DNA of 64,000 nt from Callorhinchus milii. Taxonomy: Eukaryota. Positions 40,745-52,100 of this stretch are shown here, piece by piece. The notes under the pieces were generated by a model, which was given only the letters and a program-made list of their open reading frames with translations, was not told the origin of the DNA and made no database searches. Location: contig NW_024704742.1 in NCBI RefSeq assembly GCF_018977255.1, positions 23,934,001 to 23,998,000 of the forward strand. Direction: 5' to 3'. Within the stretch, counting starts at the first letter, position 1. Each line of letters starts with the position of its first letter. The position numbers and the translations under genes were made by a program.

Positions 40745-42281
40745 TTTCAAATGAAAAAGCACATTTTATTGCACTTAAGTTATAAGAAAATAAAAATTCT
40801 AAGTGAATCAAACCATAGACACAATCCCTTTAAGGTTTCTCCATCACATCAGGCAGTTACATACTGTAAAGTAAAACACCTGAAATCTGATTTTTTTTAA
40901 AACCAGACTATAAATTAACAAGAAAATAAAAAGAAAACAGAAGTATCTAACTCAAGATTGTTTAGTATACAGTGTTAAACCACTTTCACAGTTCATGTTG
41001 AGTTGTGGCTCTTGAATAATTAGGCAAACAATTTGGCTGTTCTTGCCTGTGCTGCTTTCAGTACAAAACGCTTGGTTTCGTTGTCAGTAGCTCACAGCAA
41101 TAACTGTAACAGTTGGATATTTCAATACTGTTTTCACTAAGACTGACCAGCAATTATATCTCTCATCTGTATGTATGTGTTCGCTTTTGAATTTTTTTTT
41201 GTTTTCTTGCACTGTCAGTAATCTTAATTGTATTTTTGTTTGTTCCACCGTAGTCCTCACAATGAAATTCCCCACAACAGAGGCTGAAAGAGCTCCCATC
41301 TAAAGGAATGTGTTTAACTTCATTCTGAAACAAAAAAACATTCCAATGTAGCACATAACACTTCTCTATTTCCTTCTTCCAAGCACTCACACTCTGCCGT
41401 TCTGCATCTCCTTTCTTCTTCCAGCCTCTCAGAGGCACAGTTGGCTCAAGTTTCAGTGGCAAATGCCTTTTTTNAAAACTCAAAATAATCCAGACCAGAT
41501 CAAATTTAGAACTGGAGTCTGGATATGAAACGTCACAATAGAAGACTTAGCAGCAAGTTATTTGGCCACTGGGAATACAGTACAGGGATGGGATAACTTT
41601 TAACAAGCTCAAAGACCCATTTCAATACCAGCCTTGAGAACTCTTCCAGCTTTTGAATTCTTAAGTATTCAGATCACTCGGGATAGTTTGCCTCTGAAGA
41701 ACTACATAAGCCTCATTAAAAAGAATCTGGAAGCAGTAGTGAATAAATAGAGAAATACATGTTAATACTGTGACCGATTGTTGGCAACATTAGGCTTTTT
41801 TTATATATATATATTTTATATATATAAATTGTACAAAATTCACAGTAAGGTTCCAAATATTGAAACCTGGAAGGACAAAACTGAGGCAGACATAACCCAA
41901 GTCTTTAAGAGAACCAGTTCTTGGCCCTGTTAAGCAGCTTGTTTAAAACATAAGTTTTCAAATAATTTTTTTATGCCTTGCTGCTGAGAGTTGGCTGCTG
42001 ATAATCATTAAAAAAATAATAATTGCACTAGGCTTTTGTATCGCAAGTCTTTCTGTGCAAAGCTGCCCAGAGTCAAAAGGGAAGTCAGATATAACACGAC
42101 ATCCGACCAAGTCAGATTCTGTCAGTTATAATGTGTCATCCCTTACTCCCTTTCCCAGCAATCTGTAGGTCTCTGCGTCTTCATCGTGCAGCCTGTTGCC
42201 CCGAGCCAACATCGTGCACCCACCAACACCAGGCGGTTTACACTGACTTAACACAGTTAGACAAATTCCTATTCCACTCCT
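40745..42281 (-). other. FBXW7: FBXW7 3' UTR (~1.5 kb), AU-rich with no recognisable interspersed repeats
   Basis: Follows the stop codon; lacks the SINE/LINE fragments found elsewhere; many miRNA seed matches; ends at a poly(A) signal. Confidence 0.8.
40765..40770 (-). terminator. Polyadenylation signal AATAAA of FBXW7
   Basis: Minus strand AAGTGCAATAAAATGTGC followed by a T-rich and (TG)n downstream element at ~40729-40760. Confidence 0.75.
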
Positions 42282-42550
42282 TCACTTCATGTCCACGTCG
42301 AAGTCCAGAACAAGCAGCTTTGTTTCCTCAGTCCCATTTCTGCTTCCCACTGCGCAAACAAGCTTTGTGTTCGATGCTCTAATTCGCCACACAACGCCTC
42401 CACTGCCCCCACTTTCCAGTGTAACCAAATTCCGAATGAACTCGCCCGTTTTCAAGTCCCACAGCTTGACAGTCCCATCATCTGAGCTAGTTATCACAAA
42501 GTTCTTGTTGAACTGCAGGCAAGTCACAGCACTCTGATGCTTGTTCGGCC
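42282..42550 (-). CDS. FBXW7: FBXW7 last coding exon (GPNKHQSAVTCLQF...LLVLDFDVDMK*)
   Basis: 269 nt to TGA at 42284-42282; TAG acceptor; C-terminus matches vertebrate FBXW7. Confidence 0.97.
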
Positions 42551-43380
42551 CTAGTGAGGAAATCAAATGAGATTATTAATCACCCAAATGTTCCCCAAAA
42601 AGCAACACATCATTTTACATCATCATCTGAGAGACTACAGAAGAGGCTCAATTGGGCAATTCTTTAGGAGATCAAGTTAGATACATGGAATTTATCTAAT
42701 TAGCTGTTGATTTTTACATATATATATATATTAATATAAATATATATTACACAGGATGGCCAAAAAGTCATTATAACTACGCTATTATCTAAAAAAAACA
42801 TCATTTCTTTAAGACTTATTAGGCATTATAATGGTATTATGACTTTTTGATCACACTGTAAATATGCATATATGTGTGTACACAAATTATTTTTGAGGGG
42901 TTTTGAATAACATCTTTAACATATTTAGTCATTTGTAAATAAACCTCACTACATTTCCTAATCAATAGGCAGCAATGAATGGAGATTCTTTTGTGAATCA
43001 TGCTGAACACTGCATGCCTCCAAACCCAATACAAAATGCTTTCCTTCACTGTTCCTTTGTGTTATTCTAACTTAAATGATTGGGTTTCCAAAATCCATGC
43101 TTGAGTGCTTTACCCCAATAAATAATAATTGTTGCAACTGAAATATAGCCCATAATGTTGAGATGTTGTAAAGAGCTTTGCAGGAAATTGCCCTGAAGGA
43201 TAGTGGGTATGTATTTGAAGTCATCTTGCACACAGTAATGATCACAAACAGCTAAGAAGCGAATGACTAATCTGGAGAATATTGGTCAGTACATCAGAAC
43301 GAAACTTCATTTTAGAAATAGTGTCACAGGTCTTTAATGTTCACCCGATCAAGCCTCGGGTTAGTCTCACCCAAAGGATG

Positions 43381-44262
43381 ACAACAATAAAATTACATTT
43401 GTATAGTGCCTTTCAATAGCTAATTCAATCATTAAATGCTCCTACAGAATTGGGAGGAGGTCCCAAGGCACTGGACAGTCAGTGTTTCGGTCCCGAGCTG
43501 GGGGTCAGGATTGGGGAGGGTGGAAGGCAGGGAGGGAGGGAAGCGGGGTGATCGAAAGCACGGTCGAAGAGGAGGGTCTTGAGATGGGTCTTGAAGGAGG
43601 CAAGGGAGGGGGGGAGGCGGAGGGACTGTGGGATGGAGTTCCAGAGGGTAGGCGCAGAGTGGCAGAAGGCCTGCCCGCTAATGGTGAGGGGGGTGAGGTG
43701 GGGGACGTGAAGCAGGCTGGAACCCACTGAGCGGAGGGAGCGGGCAGGATGGTAGAGGGTTAGGAGGTCTCAGAGCAAGGTCATGGAGGGCTTTGAAGGT
43801 GAGGACTAGGATCATGAACTGTATCCTCTGTGTGATGGGAAGCCAGTGGAGTTGGGCGAGGATGGGGGTGATAGGGTCACGGAGCCTGGCGCGGGAGAGG
43901 ACACGGGTTGCAGAGTTCTGGATGATCTGCAGCCTAAGGAGGAAAGAGCTGGGGAGGCCGACAAGCAAGGAGTTTGCATAGTCAAGCCTTGATGTTATGA
44001 ATGAGTATATGAGGGTTTCAGCGGCCTGTGGTGCGAGACAGTGGCAAAGCTGGGCGATGTTGCAGAGATGGGGAAAAGCAGAATAGATCATGGTACAGAT
44101 TTGGGGCAGAAAGGATAGTTGAGAGTAAAACAAGACACCAAGGTTCCGGATTGGAGTGTGTAACCATGGACGGTGATGCTGTCAGCGCCTGAGGTGAGGA
44201 GGCACTGACGGGAGCCAATCAGGAGGGCCTCGGTCTTGTTGACGTTCAACTGAAGAAAGTTA
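43381..44262 (-). mobile_element. L2 LINE 3' fragment in the last FBXW7 intron
   Basis: AETLIYSFITSRLDYANSLLVGLP...QNSATRVL...ITPILAQLHWLPITQRIQF and AFCHSAPTLWNSIP...FKTHLKTLLF are L2 ORF2 C-terminal motifs; GTT-like tail. Confidence 0.9.
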
Positions 44263-45276
44263 ACACTGCACTGTCAGCACACCTGGTTCTGCACTGAAGT
44301 ATCAACCTCGACACGCTTGCTACTGAAGTGCATTCTTCAACTGCCTCTCTGATAATTACGGTGAGGTTGCTTCAAGGGTTATTCAAACGCATCTCTTTTC
44401 CCATCTCTACACATGGTGTTGGGTTCAACATACTAATTCTCCACTGCTGAGTTTAGCATTTCAAGCAGGCAAATTTAAAAACTGAGGCCTCTGTGAAACA
44501 CGTTATTGTCTCCAAAGATGGCAGAGGTGAACATGCATAAACAGGGAGAGTAAACTAGAGAACAAATGCTCCTTGCTATCGGGTGTAGTGTATCCATCGA
44601 GCACTCAGTTTTACTTAACTAAGCGTGAAAAGAAAATCACTGCTAGTGAGATTGAACCATTATTGCAATCACAAATCTACATTCCTGACTTCCCATTGCC
44701 ACTTTGAAAGCTTGCATGTATTGCAGAATTTTAGTTTATGATACATTAGCAATATAAAGAATTACTATCCAGAACATTTTGCCATCATACAGCTATTTAG
44801 AGATTACACTTGTAGTAAAATGTCCTGATTATCTTTTTTAAAAAGTAGGAACATAGTGAAAGAGCTGAGGTTTAGAGGGTAGGACAACACTAAGACTGAA
44901 AAGTGCAGCAGAGATGCAAGTCAAAGAGAAGTGATCAGGATACACCAAGCTTGGGTTTTAAAAGCCTGCAGATAGAATGAGGAAGGGACAAGTGAGAAAA
45001 ATACAGAATTCCAGTTAATATCCCTAAATATTGAATCTAATCAAAATGGAAGTTGCTTTTTCCTTGCACATGTATGACCGTGGATGGAGGTTGTGCTAAA
45101 TTACTATGATGCTTTGAAATTGGACCTGGGAAGTTTAACCATCAAAATGTGTTCCAAATAATCAGCATCAAGTAATATATTATACAAGCTTGGGTAAAGT
45201 GACTTCAGTTCATCAAGCCTTGGCCTTCTAAATACAGGTTTGCTGTAGAAAAAAATATGAGCTTTTTCAAACTCAC

Positions 45277-45487
45277 CTTGTAACGTTTGTAAACACTGTC
45301 CTGTTTTGATGTCCCAGATTTTTACTGTGGAATCTGCATTTCCAGAGACTAGGATATTGTCCTTGAGTTCCATTCCACTTGTTAATGACTGGTGTCCTGT
45401 TAACGTGTGAATACAATTCCCAGTTTCCACATCCCATACACGAATAGAGGTATCAAGTGAACCACTTACTACATGGATACCATCAAA
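45277..45487 (-). CDS. FBXW7: FBXW7 exon 10, WD40 ([25 protein letters not shown]...GQCLQTLQ)
   Basis: 211 nt; TAG acceptor; donor G|GTGAGT. Confidence 0.97.
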
Positions 45488-46295
45488 CTAAGGGTAGAGG
45501 GAGGAGGAAAAACACAGAAAATTTCCTTTTAGCCTTGTGCATTTCTAAATTATTCTCTCAGTTGCAGTTTTACTAGTATCAGAACAGGCAACAGTAAAAT
45601 TCACTGGCATGATTTAGACACTGTGTTTAACCAATGCTGGATTTCATAATGTGTACAGCAAAGCACCTTGCGGTTTCCACCTACCAGTTACATTAGAACA
45701 GTCTAATCAATCTGCATTCCTTTAACTGCTAGATTTCTCATTGCAACTCATTAAATAGCTAATTCAATCATTAAATGCTCCTACAGATTTTGATTTTTTT
45801 CTTCTTCTGGTTTTATTTCATTAGTTGAGAGACTTAAAACAGCATATTTAATGATAGTATTAAATAGGTATGGTATTCATGCCTCAAACCACAATAAATG
45901 AAATAGGATCTATTTCAGCTCTGTGCAATGGTGAATACAAGCACAGCTTTAATTGATACCTGTACCGGTACATTGCAAAAGTAGTTCTGAAAAGATTCCT
46001 GGTACACTTTGAGATCTAAAAAGAAGCCGCTTGTCTAATCATCTGTCACTATTTGCTGCCTACTGTTGTGCAATCTTCAATAAATTGAAGAGCAACTGGC
46101 AGGGTATTCAACCACCACTTTCCACTCTCTTCTTCCCTAATTGAGTGCAAGGTTTGCTGAATGTTCATCGGAACAGAACATTTTCTCACTAACGAAATCA
46201 ACCAGTGAAACTAAGTTTCAAATTTTATTTTCAAAATGAAATCAGACTGATAGGTTTTAAAAACAGGATTCCGATTCAACACTCCATTTGCTTAC

Positions 46296-46521
46296 CTGCA
46301 ATGAATAGACCCGATTGGTGTGTCCCTGTAGTGTATGTAGACAGGTTTCCGTTTCTGGGTCCCACACCTTAACCATGAAATCATACGCTCCACTGACAAC
46401 TCTTCGGCCATCGTATTGGACACATCGCACTGCTGCTACGTGACCCATTAACACATGTAAACACTGTCCTGATTCAATGTCCCAGACACGAAGAGTAGCA
46501 TCTCTAGACCCGCTCACAACC
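46296..46521 (-). CDS. FBXW7: FBXW7 exon 9, WD40 ([20 protein letters not shown]...[10 protein letters not shown])
   Basis: 226 nt; TAG acceptor; donor CAG|GTAAGC; R479 and R505 equivalents intact. Confidence 0.97.
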
Positions 46522-46698
46522 CTACAATAACATAAAGACAAGCGTCATAGAAACAGGGGCACAATAGGAAAAAGCAGCCTTTGAAACAACACAAATCTCT
46601 CCCACCTTAACTGCTTCAAATTATAAGTTAACGTTTAGTGTAGACACTTCCTCCCAATTTTCAAGAATTTATCATTTCAATAAAAAGCAGAGACTTAC

Positions 46699-46880
46699 CT
46701 GTTTTCATGGAGGTGCATGCAGCGCACAGTCGAGGTATGGCCATATAGTGTGTGAATACATTCCCCAGAATCAGCATTCCAAACTTTCAATGTTCGGTCT
46801 GTTGATCCACTGATGATGATATTGCCCCTCATTTGGGATGACCAGACACCACCCGTATGTCCTACTAATGTCCTTAAACA
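46699..46880 (-). CDS. FBXW7: FBXW7 exon 8, WD40 ([61 protein letters not shown])
   Basis: 182 nt; CAG acceptor; donor AG|GTAAGT; contains the R465-equivalent (STVRCM). Confidence 0.96.
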
Positions 46881-49800
46881 CTGAAAACGCAGGATAAAAT
46901 AGTATTAGCAAATTATGAAATGAGTGCTTGCAACCACAGAAATATCAGTGTAACGATGCACCATCAATCCATATCAAATTAATTTTAAATCAAAAGCACT
47001 TACATTCAGAGTTACTTTTCAGTAACTGCATGATTGCTTGAGTGAGTCAGCAGTTGAAGGGGATGAACACTTAAAAGCCCATTGAAAGTACGATGAGAGT
47101 GTCAAATTTCCACTCACTTGAACCAACTTGGCATGATGTACTTTCACATCTGGAAACTGCACTTAAATCTATGCCAGGCTGATGCAAGTGACTTTACTGA
47201 CTGCAACCTCTTAATTGTCTCATATGAACTGAGTTTGGGCACTTTCCACTCAGCTCCACGAAGGGGTAAGATTGCAGCACACAACCCTTCATTTGGAATT
47301 CTTGTTCAATGGCCACAGGATAGCAATTGTGGTAAATGGAAAACACTGCATTATTGCAATGGGGGGTGGGGGGAGGAAGAGAGAAAGGTGCTCTTTCAAG
47401 GATAGGGCAAAGTCAAGGAAACTTTACTTAACATTTTGCCTGATCTGAAAGTGATAAATGCTGTCACCGGGTGCATGAAATGGGAGTACATTTCCCAAGA
47501 GCAACAGCTTATTTAATGAGCAAACACGGGTCGTGTGCTGGTGAGAGAGGAAACATGCTTGCAAAAAGTACAAGATTCCTTAACAAAGCACATTCCACAA
47601 AGTTCTCAAAGCTGATGTCATGAAAGGCCTCAAATATCTCAGCTAAGTAAGGTATGAACCAATTTATGACCGGTTTAAGATAGGAAATCTCTGCATGAAT
47701 TTCCTTTAGAAAGTAAGGGATTTGAAATCCCTTAGAATGCTCTTATCTCAAAAGGTCAGTCATTCAGGTAAAAGGTGTTTTGAGAGCGATTATATGCCTC
47801 ACATATTTTAACTACATTGCTCTTGAGGAAAGGAATTTAGGTTGAGCATTTTACAAAGACAAGGCAACTCTGAATGACAATTATTTTGATATCCTTCAAT
47901 AATAAATTCAAGCCATTTGAAACAGAAAGGCAGAAAATGTTCCCACAGTATAAAAACATTCATTCAGAACTCGATATACAAAACACATTGGATTCTGGAA
48001 AGGAAATGTGATCTCTGCTGCAGGCAGTTTTCTCCAATATGGTTTCTCTACCTACTGATGAATGCATTTGCAGTGAGAAAAGGAAAGTCTCTGCAGGGAA
48101 ATGATACTATGCTGTTTATTTAATCTCATACCAAGAAACATTCAGACAGCCAGAATGATTCCATTCATCCACCTGACTAATCTTTTAAACACTGGGATTT
48201 TTAAAAGTCACAAATATCAGAATTACATTATAACCTCAGACATTACAACCAAGTGAAATCCCACTCTCTCCTCAATTCACACCTATTACTCAGAGCAAAA
48301 AGAACCCAAAGCCATTGTCACAGTGCTACGTTTTACTATTTCTGCCAAAACATTCGGAAGTGAGAAGCTCCAATAAAACATTGTGTGACATTCAGATTAA
48401 TATTGCTGCATTTCTGTAGATTTGTTAGTTTGTTCAGTTTAGAAAATGCATAACATGTACAGTGAGTGCAACCTCATGATAATGCGCCTCAATATAACTC
48501 AGATTTGCTCATAAAAAAACCCTCAAAAAAAAAATGTGTAGGCATCCAATTTGCTTCAAAATGCTGCCTAGCCCTTCGTGTGATAAAGAATGGCTGATTT
48601 CCTGGGCATCAGGTTGCTGCTGATACCAGCTCTGATGGTGAAAGCATGATATGGAAAACCGATTTTTAAATAAAAGTATGAGAAGCTGGCTAGTGTTTTG
48701 AAACAAGCTGGAGTTCTGCGAGCGCGTGTAGTGAATGTGGAAGTGCTGGCCTTGTTATAGCACTGGTTGGGATTTTATGGACCCCACCACTGGGTCGTAA
48801 TGGAGCTGCACGTATTAGGAACATCATAGGAAATGTATCATTACACTCGAGGAAATGACATTGAATTCCAGGCTGCTGCTTACATATTGGATAATTTCAC
48901 CTCTGCGAAGCAGCACATCAGAGGAGTTTGATAAAAGATTACTGTACATTCCTGCTGCACAGCTCTGACATGCAGCATTTGTGGCATTCAAAAAATGTCG
49001 GGCCAGGTCACGTGGGTCAATATCCAATGCAGCACAGAACCCCAAAGCTAACATGTGGAGTTAGTTACAATGATAGGAAACGTCTGCTCTAATGCTCAGT
49101 CAAAGTGTACTAAAATAGATTATTTTTTTACCATATTCCAGAGATCGGAGATATCGCTAACATAAGAAACCTACATTTTAGTCTATTTTTAATCTTGCAG
49201 ACATTCATCAAGTGATAACCACATGAAGCTAGAAGAGACTTCTACCATCAGAGGTTTCCACTGGCGGCAGCAGCAGGCCACTTACAAGGTGGCTGCATTA
49301 CATTGCTCAATTCCTTACGTGATTCAAATTAGAAATGTAGTTTGGAGTGGACGACACTTCCATTAAAATCCTCTCCATGTTACACTGTAAACTTCAAAGA
49401 GGTGAATCATAAGAGTACTAATGATAGAAATCATAGTAATTTCAGGTCGGGGAAAGCCACTTGCCCATGTGTATGCTAGCTCCTCAGTAAAGCTATTACC
49501 TAAATCTAATTTCCCTACAGACCCACAATAAACAAAATATGTCTTTCTGTCCTGGAGCATAAAAAAGACAGAGCTTGCTCGCCTGATCAATGCTGACCAG
49601 CAATCAAACACGGGGTGTGCATGTTGGCACTTTCAGATGTTATCAGTAATTAACTGTGTAGGTTGAACCTCTGGTGTCAGTCCACCTGTTTGCTTCACCG
49701 CTTTGAAGTTTACAGTTTAACATTGAGACGATTTCCAGTTTTTTTTTAGATAGCACGCTTTCGTAATTCACGATTTTTCTCTGAAGCATTCCTTCCCACA

Positions 49801-50419
49801 GCCCTCTGCCTTCTCATTTAGTTCATAATGTGCAGAACATAAAAATCAAGTATTCCTTTTTATGGGTCTTCAGTGAGATGTTTGGTTTTAAAAATACATT
49901 ACCCTCCTTTGCATTTTTTAATTATTTCATCTGAATGACTTGTTCTTTCACACAATGTCAATTTTATTGTAGCAGGCAAGAGTTCTGATCTCAAATCACT
50001 GCCTGCACAGGGACTGCCAATTTCACATTTTCAATTTAGGAAAGAGATCTGAAAGCATGAGGGGTACAGTAGTCCGACCGAGGGACTTTCACAGCAACCA
50101 ATACAGCAAAGCCGCCTCTGCTAACTTCCACAGGCGTTGCTTTGGATTTATTTTTAATCCCAAGAGTAGTTCAGCATTTTATGGACTTGTTCGCCAGATT
50201 AGAAACTGCTGAAGACAAATGTGCTTTTGCTCACCTACGCCTTTCCTTTTGGCAGAAAGGGTGTGGACTCGAAACAGCAGGGGCCAGGAACTGGAACATT
50301 TTTCATGTCACCCATTCTATTTTTAAACATTTTTGTTTTTCTGAACAATAATTCCTCCCGACAAATTGCTGGACTTGAAAATTCCTGGACAGGAAGTGAG
50401 TGAAATTAAAGGAACTCAC

Positions 50420-50533
50420 CTTTCCTGTAACTGCCGACCATACTTTCAGAGTGTTGTCATCAGACCCACTGACAATTCGGTTACCACAGAACTGCAGGCA
50501 CGTGATCACGTGATCATCATGACCTTTCAGCAC
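50420..50533 (-). CDS. FBXW7: FBXW7 exon 7, first WD40 repeat (VLKGHDDHVITCLQFCGNRIVSGSDDNTLKVWSAVTGK)
   Basis: 114 nt; CAGCAG acceptor; donor AAG|GTGAGT. Confidence 0.96.
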
Positions 50534-50833
50534 CTGCTGAGAGAGAACATCCGACACTGTACATGAAACTCACGTCAAGTTACCATCCTTCACCTGATAG
50601 AACCAAGGAAGGTCACATTTAAAAAATATATAATATCCATAATATCCAAACTGCCTCAACGGCACTAACTGGAGCTTTTTATTTAAGTCTGTTCTCTTTC
50701 AGCCCGTGGTTCCAAGCTTAATGCGCCAGAACTAGAAATGAATCCTTTACATATCTTTCAGTATTGTTCTACAAACTGGCAATCCCAACAAGTTCCTAAA
50801 ATTTCGGCTTCTGAATCCCTTTTCAGACGGTAC

Positions 50834-50970
50834 CTTGGGCGTTTTTAGATCTCCGCAACGCCAGTTAGTGTCTATTCTGTGCTGTCGAATGTAGGCGCTT
50901 TTCCAAGGGCTGTGAGCAAAACCTGGTTTGACCACTTTCCTCCTTTTGATGTATACAGGTTCATCAATTC
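50834..50970 (-). CDS. FBXW7: FBXW7 exon 6, linker (GIDEPVYIKRRKVVKPGFAHSPWKSAYIRQHRIDTNWRCGDLKTPK)
   Basis: 137 nt; T-rich CAG acceptor; donor AAG|GTACCG. Confidence 0.95.
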
Positions 50971-51198
50971 CTGCAAAAAAAAATGCATGCAGTTGCACAC
51001 CAAATTCCCAGAAAGCATTAAAATAAAACTTGCAGTAATGTTTGACTTTAAGAATAGTTTTTAAATATAAAACCTTGGGAACAGTATTAGAGTTGACTTC
51101 ATTCAATCTAGTTTTCCCCCCAATATTCACGACCGCCTACGTGATGCATATTCTAATGTATTACAAAAAGGTGCATGTAGTTAATACCATACCCTTAC

Positions 51199-51322
51199 CT
51201 TCCTCTTTGCACTTTTCTCTCCAAAGCAGGTTATCTTCAGCCAGTATCCTCCAGTAGCGGCAGGTTTGGGCTGCTTGCAGCAGGTCCTTAGGCTCCAGGA
51301 ATGAGAGAACATACAGCGCCAG
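51199..51322 (-). CDS. FBXW7: FBXW7 exon 5, F-box (LALYVLSFLEPKDLLQAAQTCRYWRILAEDNLLWREKCKEE)
   Basis: 124 nt; TAG acceptor; donor G|GTAAGG. Confidence 0.96.
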
Positions 51323-51965
51323 CTACGATGCAGAAAAATTGCAAAAATGAATGCTGTTAGTGCATTTGTACAATGGTAAGAACATTTTAAAAAGCCCTTT
51401 AGCACAAATATAAACTGAACAAAAGCAGTGACTCTAAATCAGGGTGGTACTTGCTTCCACCCCCCCACCCCATCCCTCATGCAATAGGCAATGAGAATGG
51501 AATTTTTGTCACTGTTGCTAGTGCAGCTAAGAGCATAACACCGTTTAAAAGAAATCAGCTAAGTATTTGAAGGGGAATAATGAAAAATAATGCAAGCAGG
51601 AATTGGAAGTATTGTACATAGATCCAATGGCAGAGTCAACACAAGAATTGGCTCAATAGCTTCCTTCTGTGTAATATTGATTCAAAGCAGTGTAAAGAAT
51701 CATCCATTTTGTCATGGACCCTCACACAAATGGAATTAACTCAACTTTCAAAAGCCAATGGTGCACGTTTGTGTGAACAACTTCATAAGCAATTTTATTC
51801 TATGTGTATCACAGAGCCTTATTTTAGAAAGATAATTACAATTTTTTTTAAAGCTTTGCTTATCGCTTGTTAACACGCAATGTGCTAAACTGCCAGCGCT
51901 GCATAAAACAGCTGCAAGGAAACCTTTTAATTCTGGACATATTTTCATCATTCAGAAAACCTCAC

Positions 51966-52100
51966 CTCTTTTGGGAGAAGTGATATAAAATCTCGCTGGA
52001 ACTGGGGTTCAATAACTTGCATCATGTGTTTCACTTGCGTTGGTTCGCAGCTGTCAATTAATTCATCTAATGCAAGTAATCTTTCTGGTCCGCTCCAACT
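51966..52100 (-). CDS. FBXW7: FBXW7 exon 4, dimerisation domain and start of F-box (SWSGPERLLALDELIDSCEPTQVKHMMQVIEPQFQRDFISLLPKE)
   Basis: 135 nt; TAG acceptor; donor GAG|GTGAGG. Confidence 0.96.

Noticed and set aside
41474..41474. Single N in the 3' UTR
   Set aside because: Assembly ambiguity at a T/A homopolymer junction, not biological
43678..44133. 151-aa ORF in the FBXW7 intron as a nested gene or extra exon
   Set aside because: L2 ORF2 remnant; not needed for the FBXW7 frame
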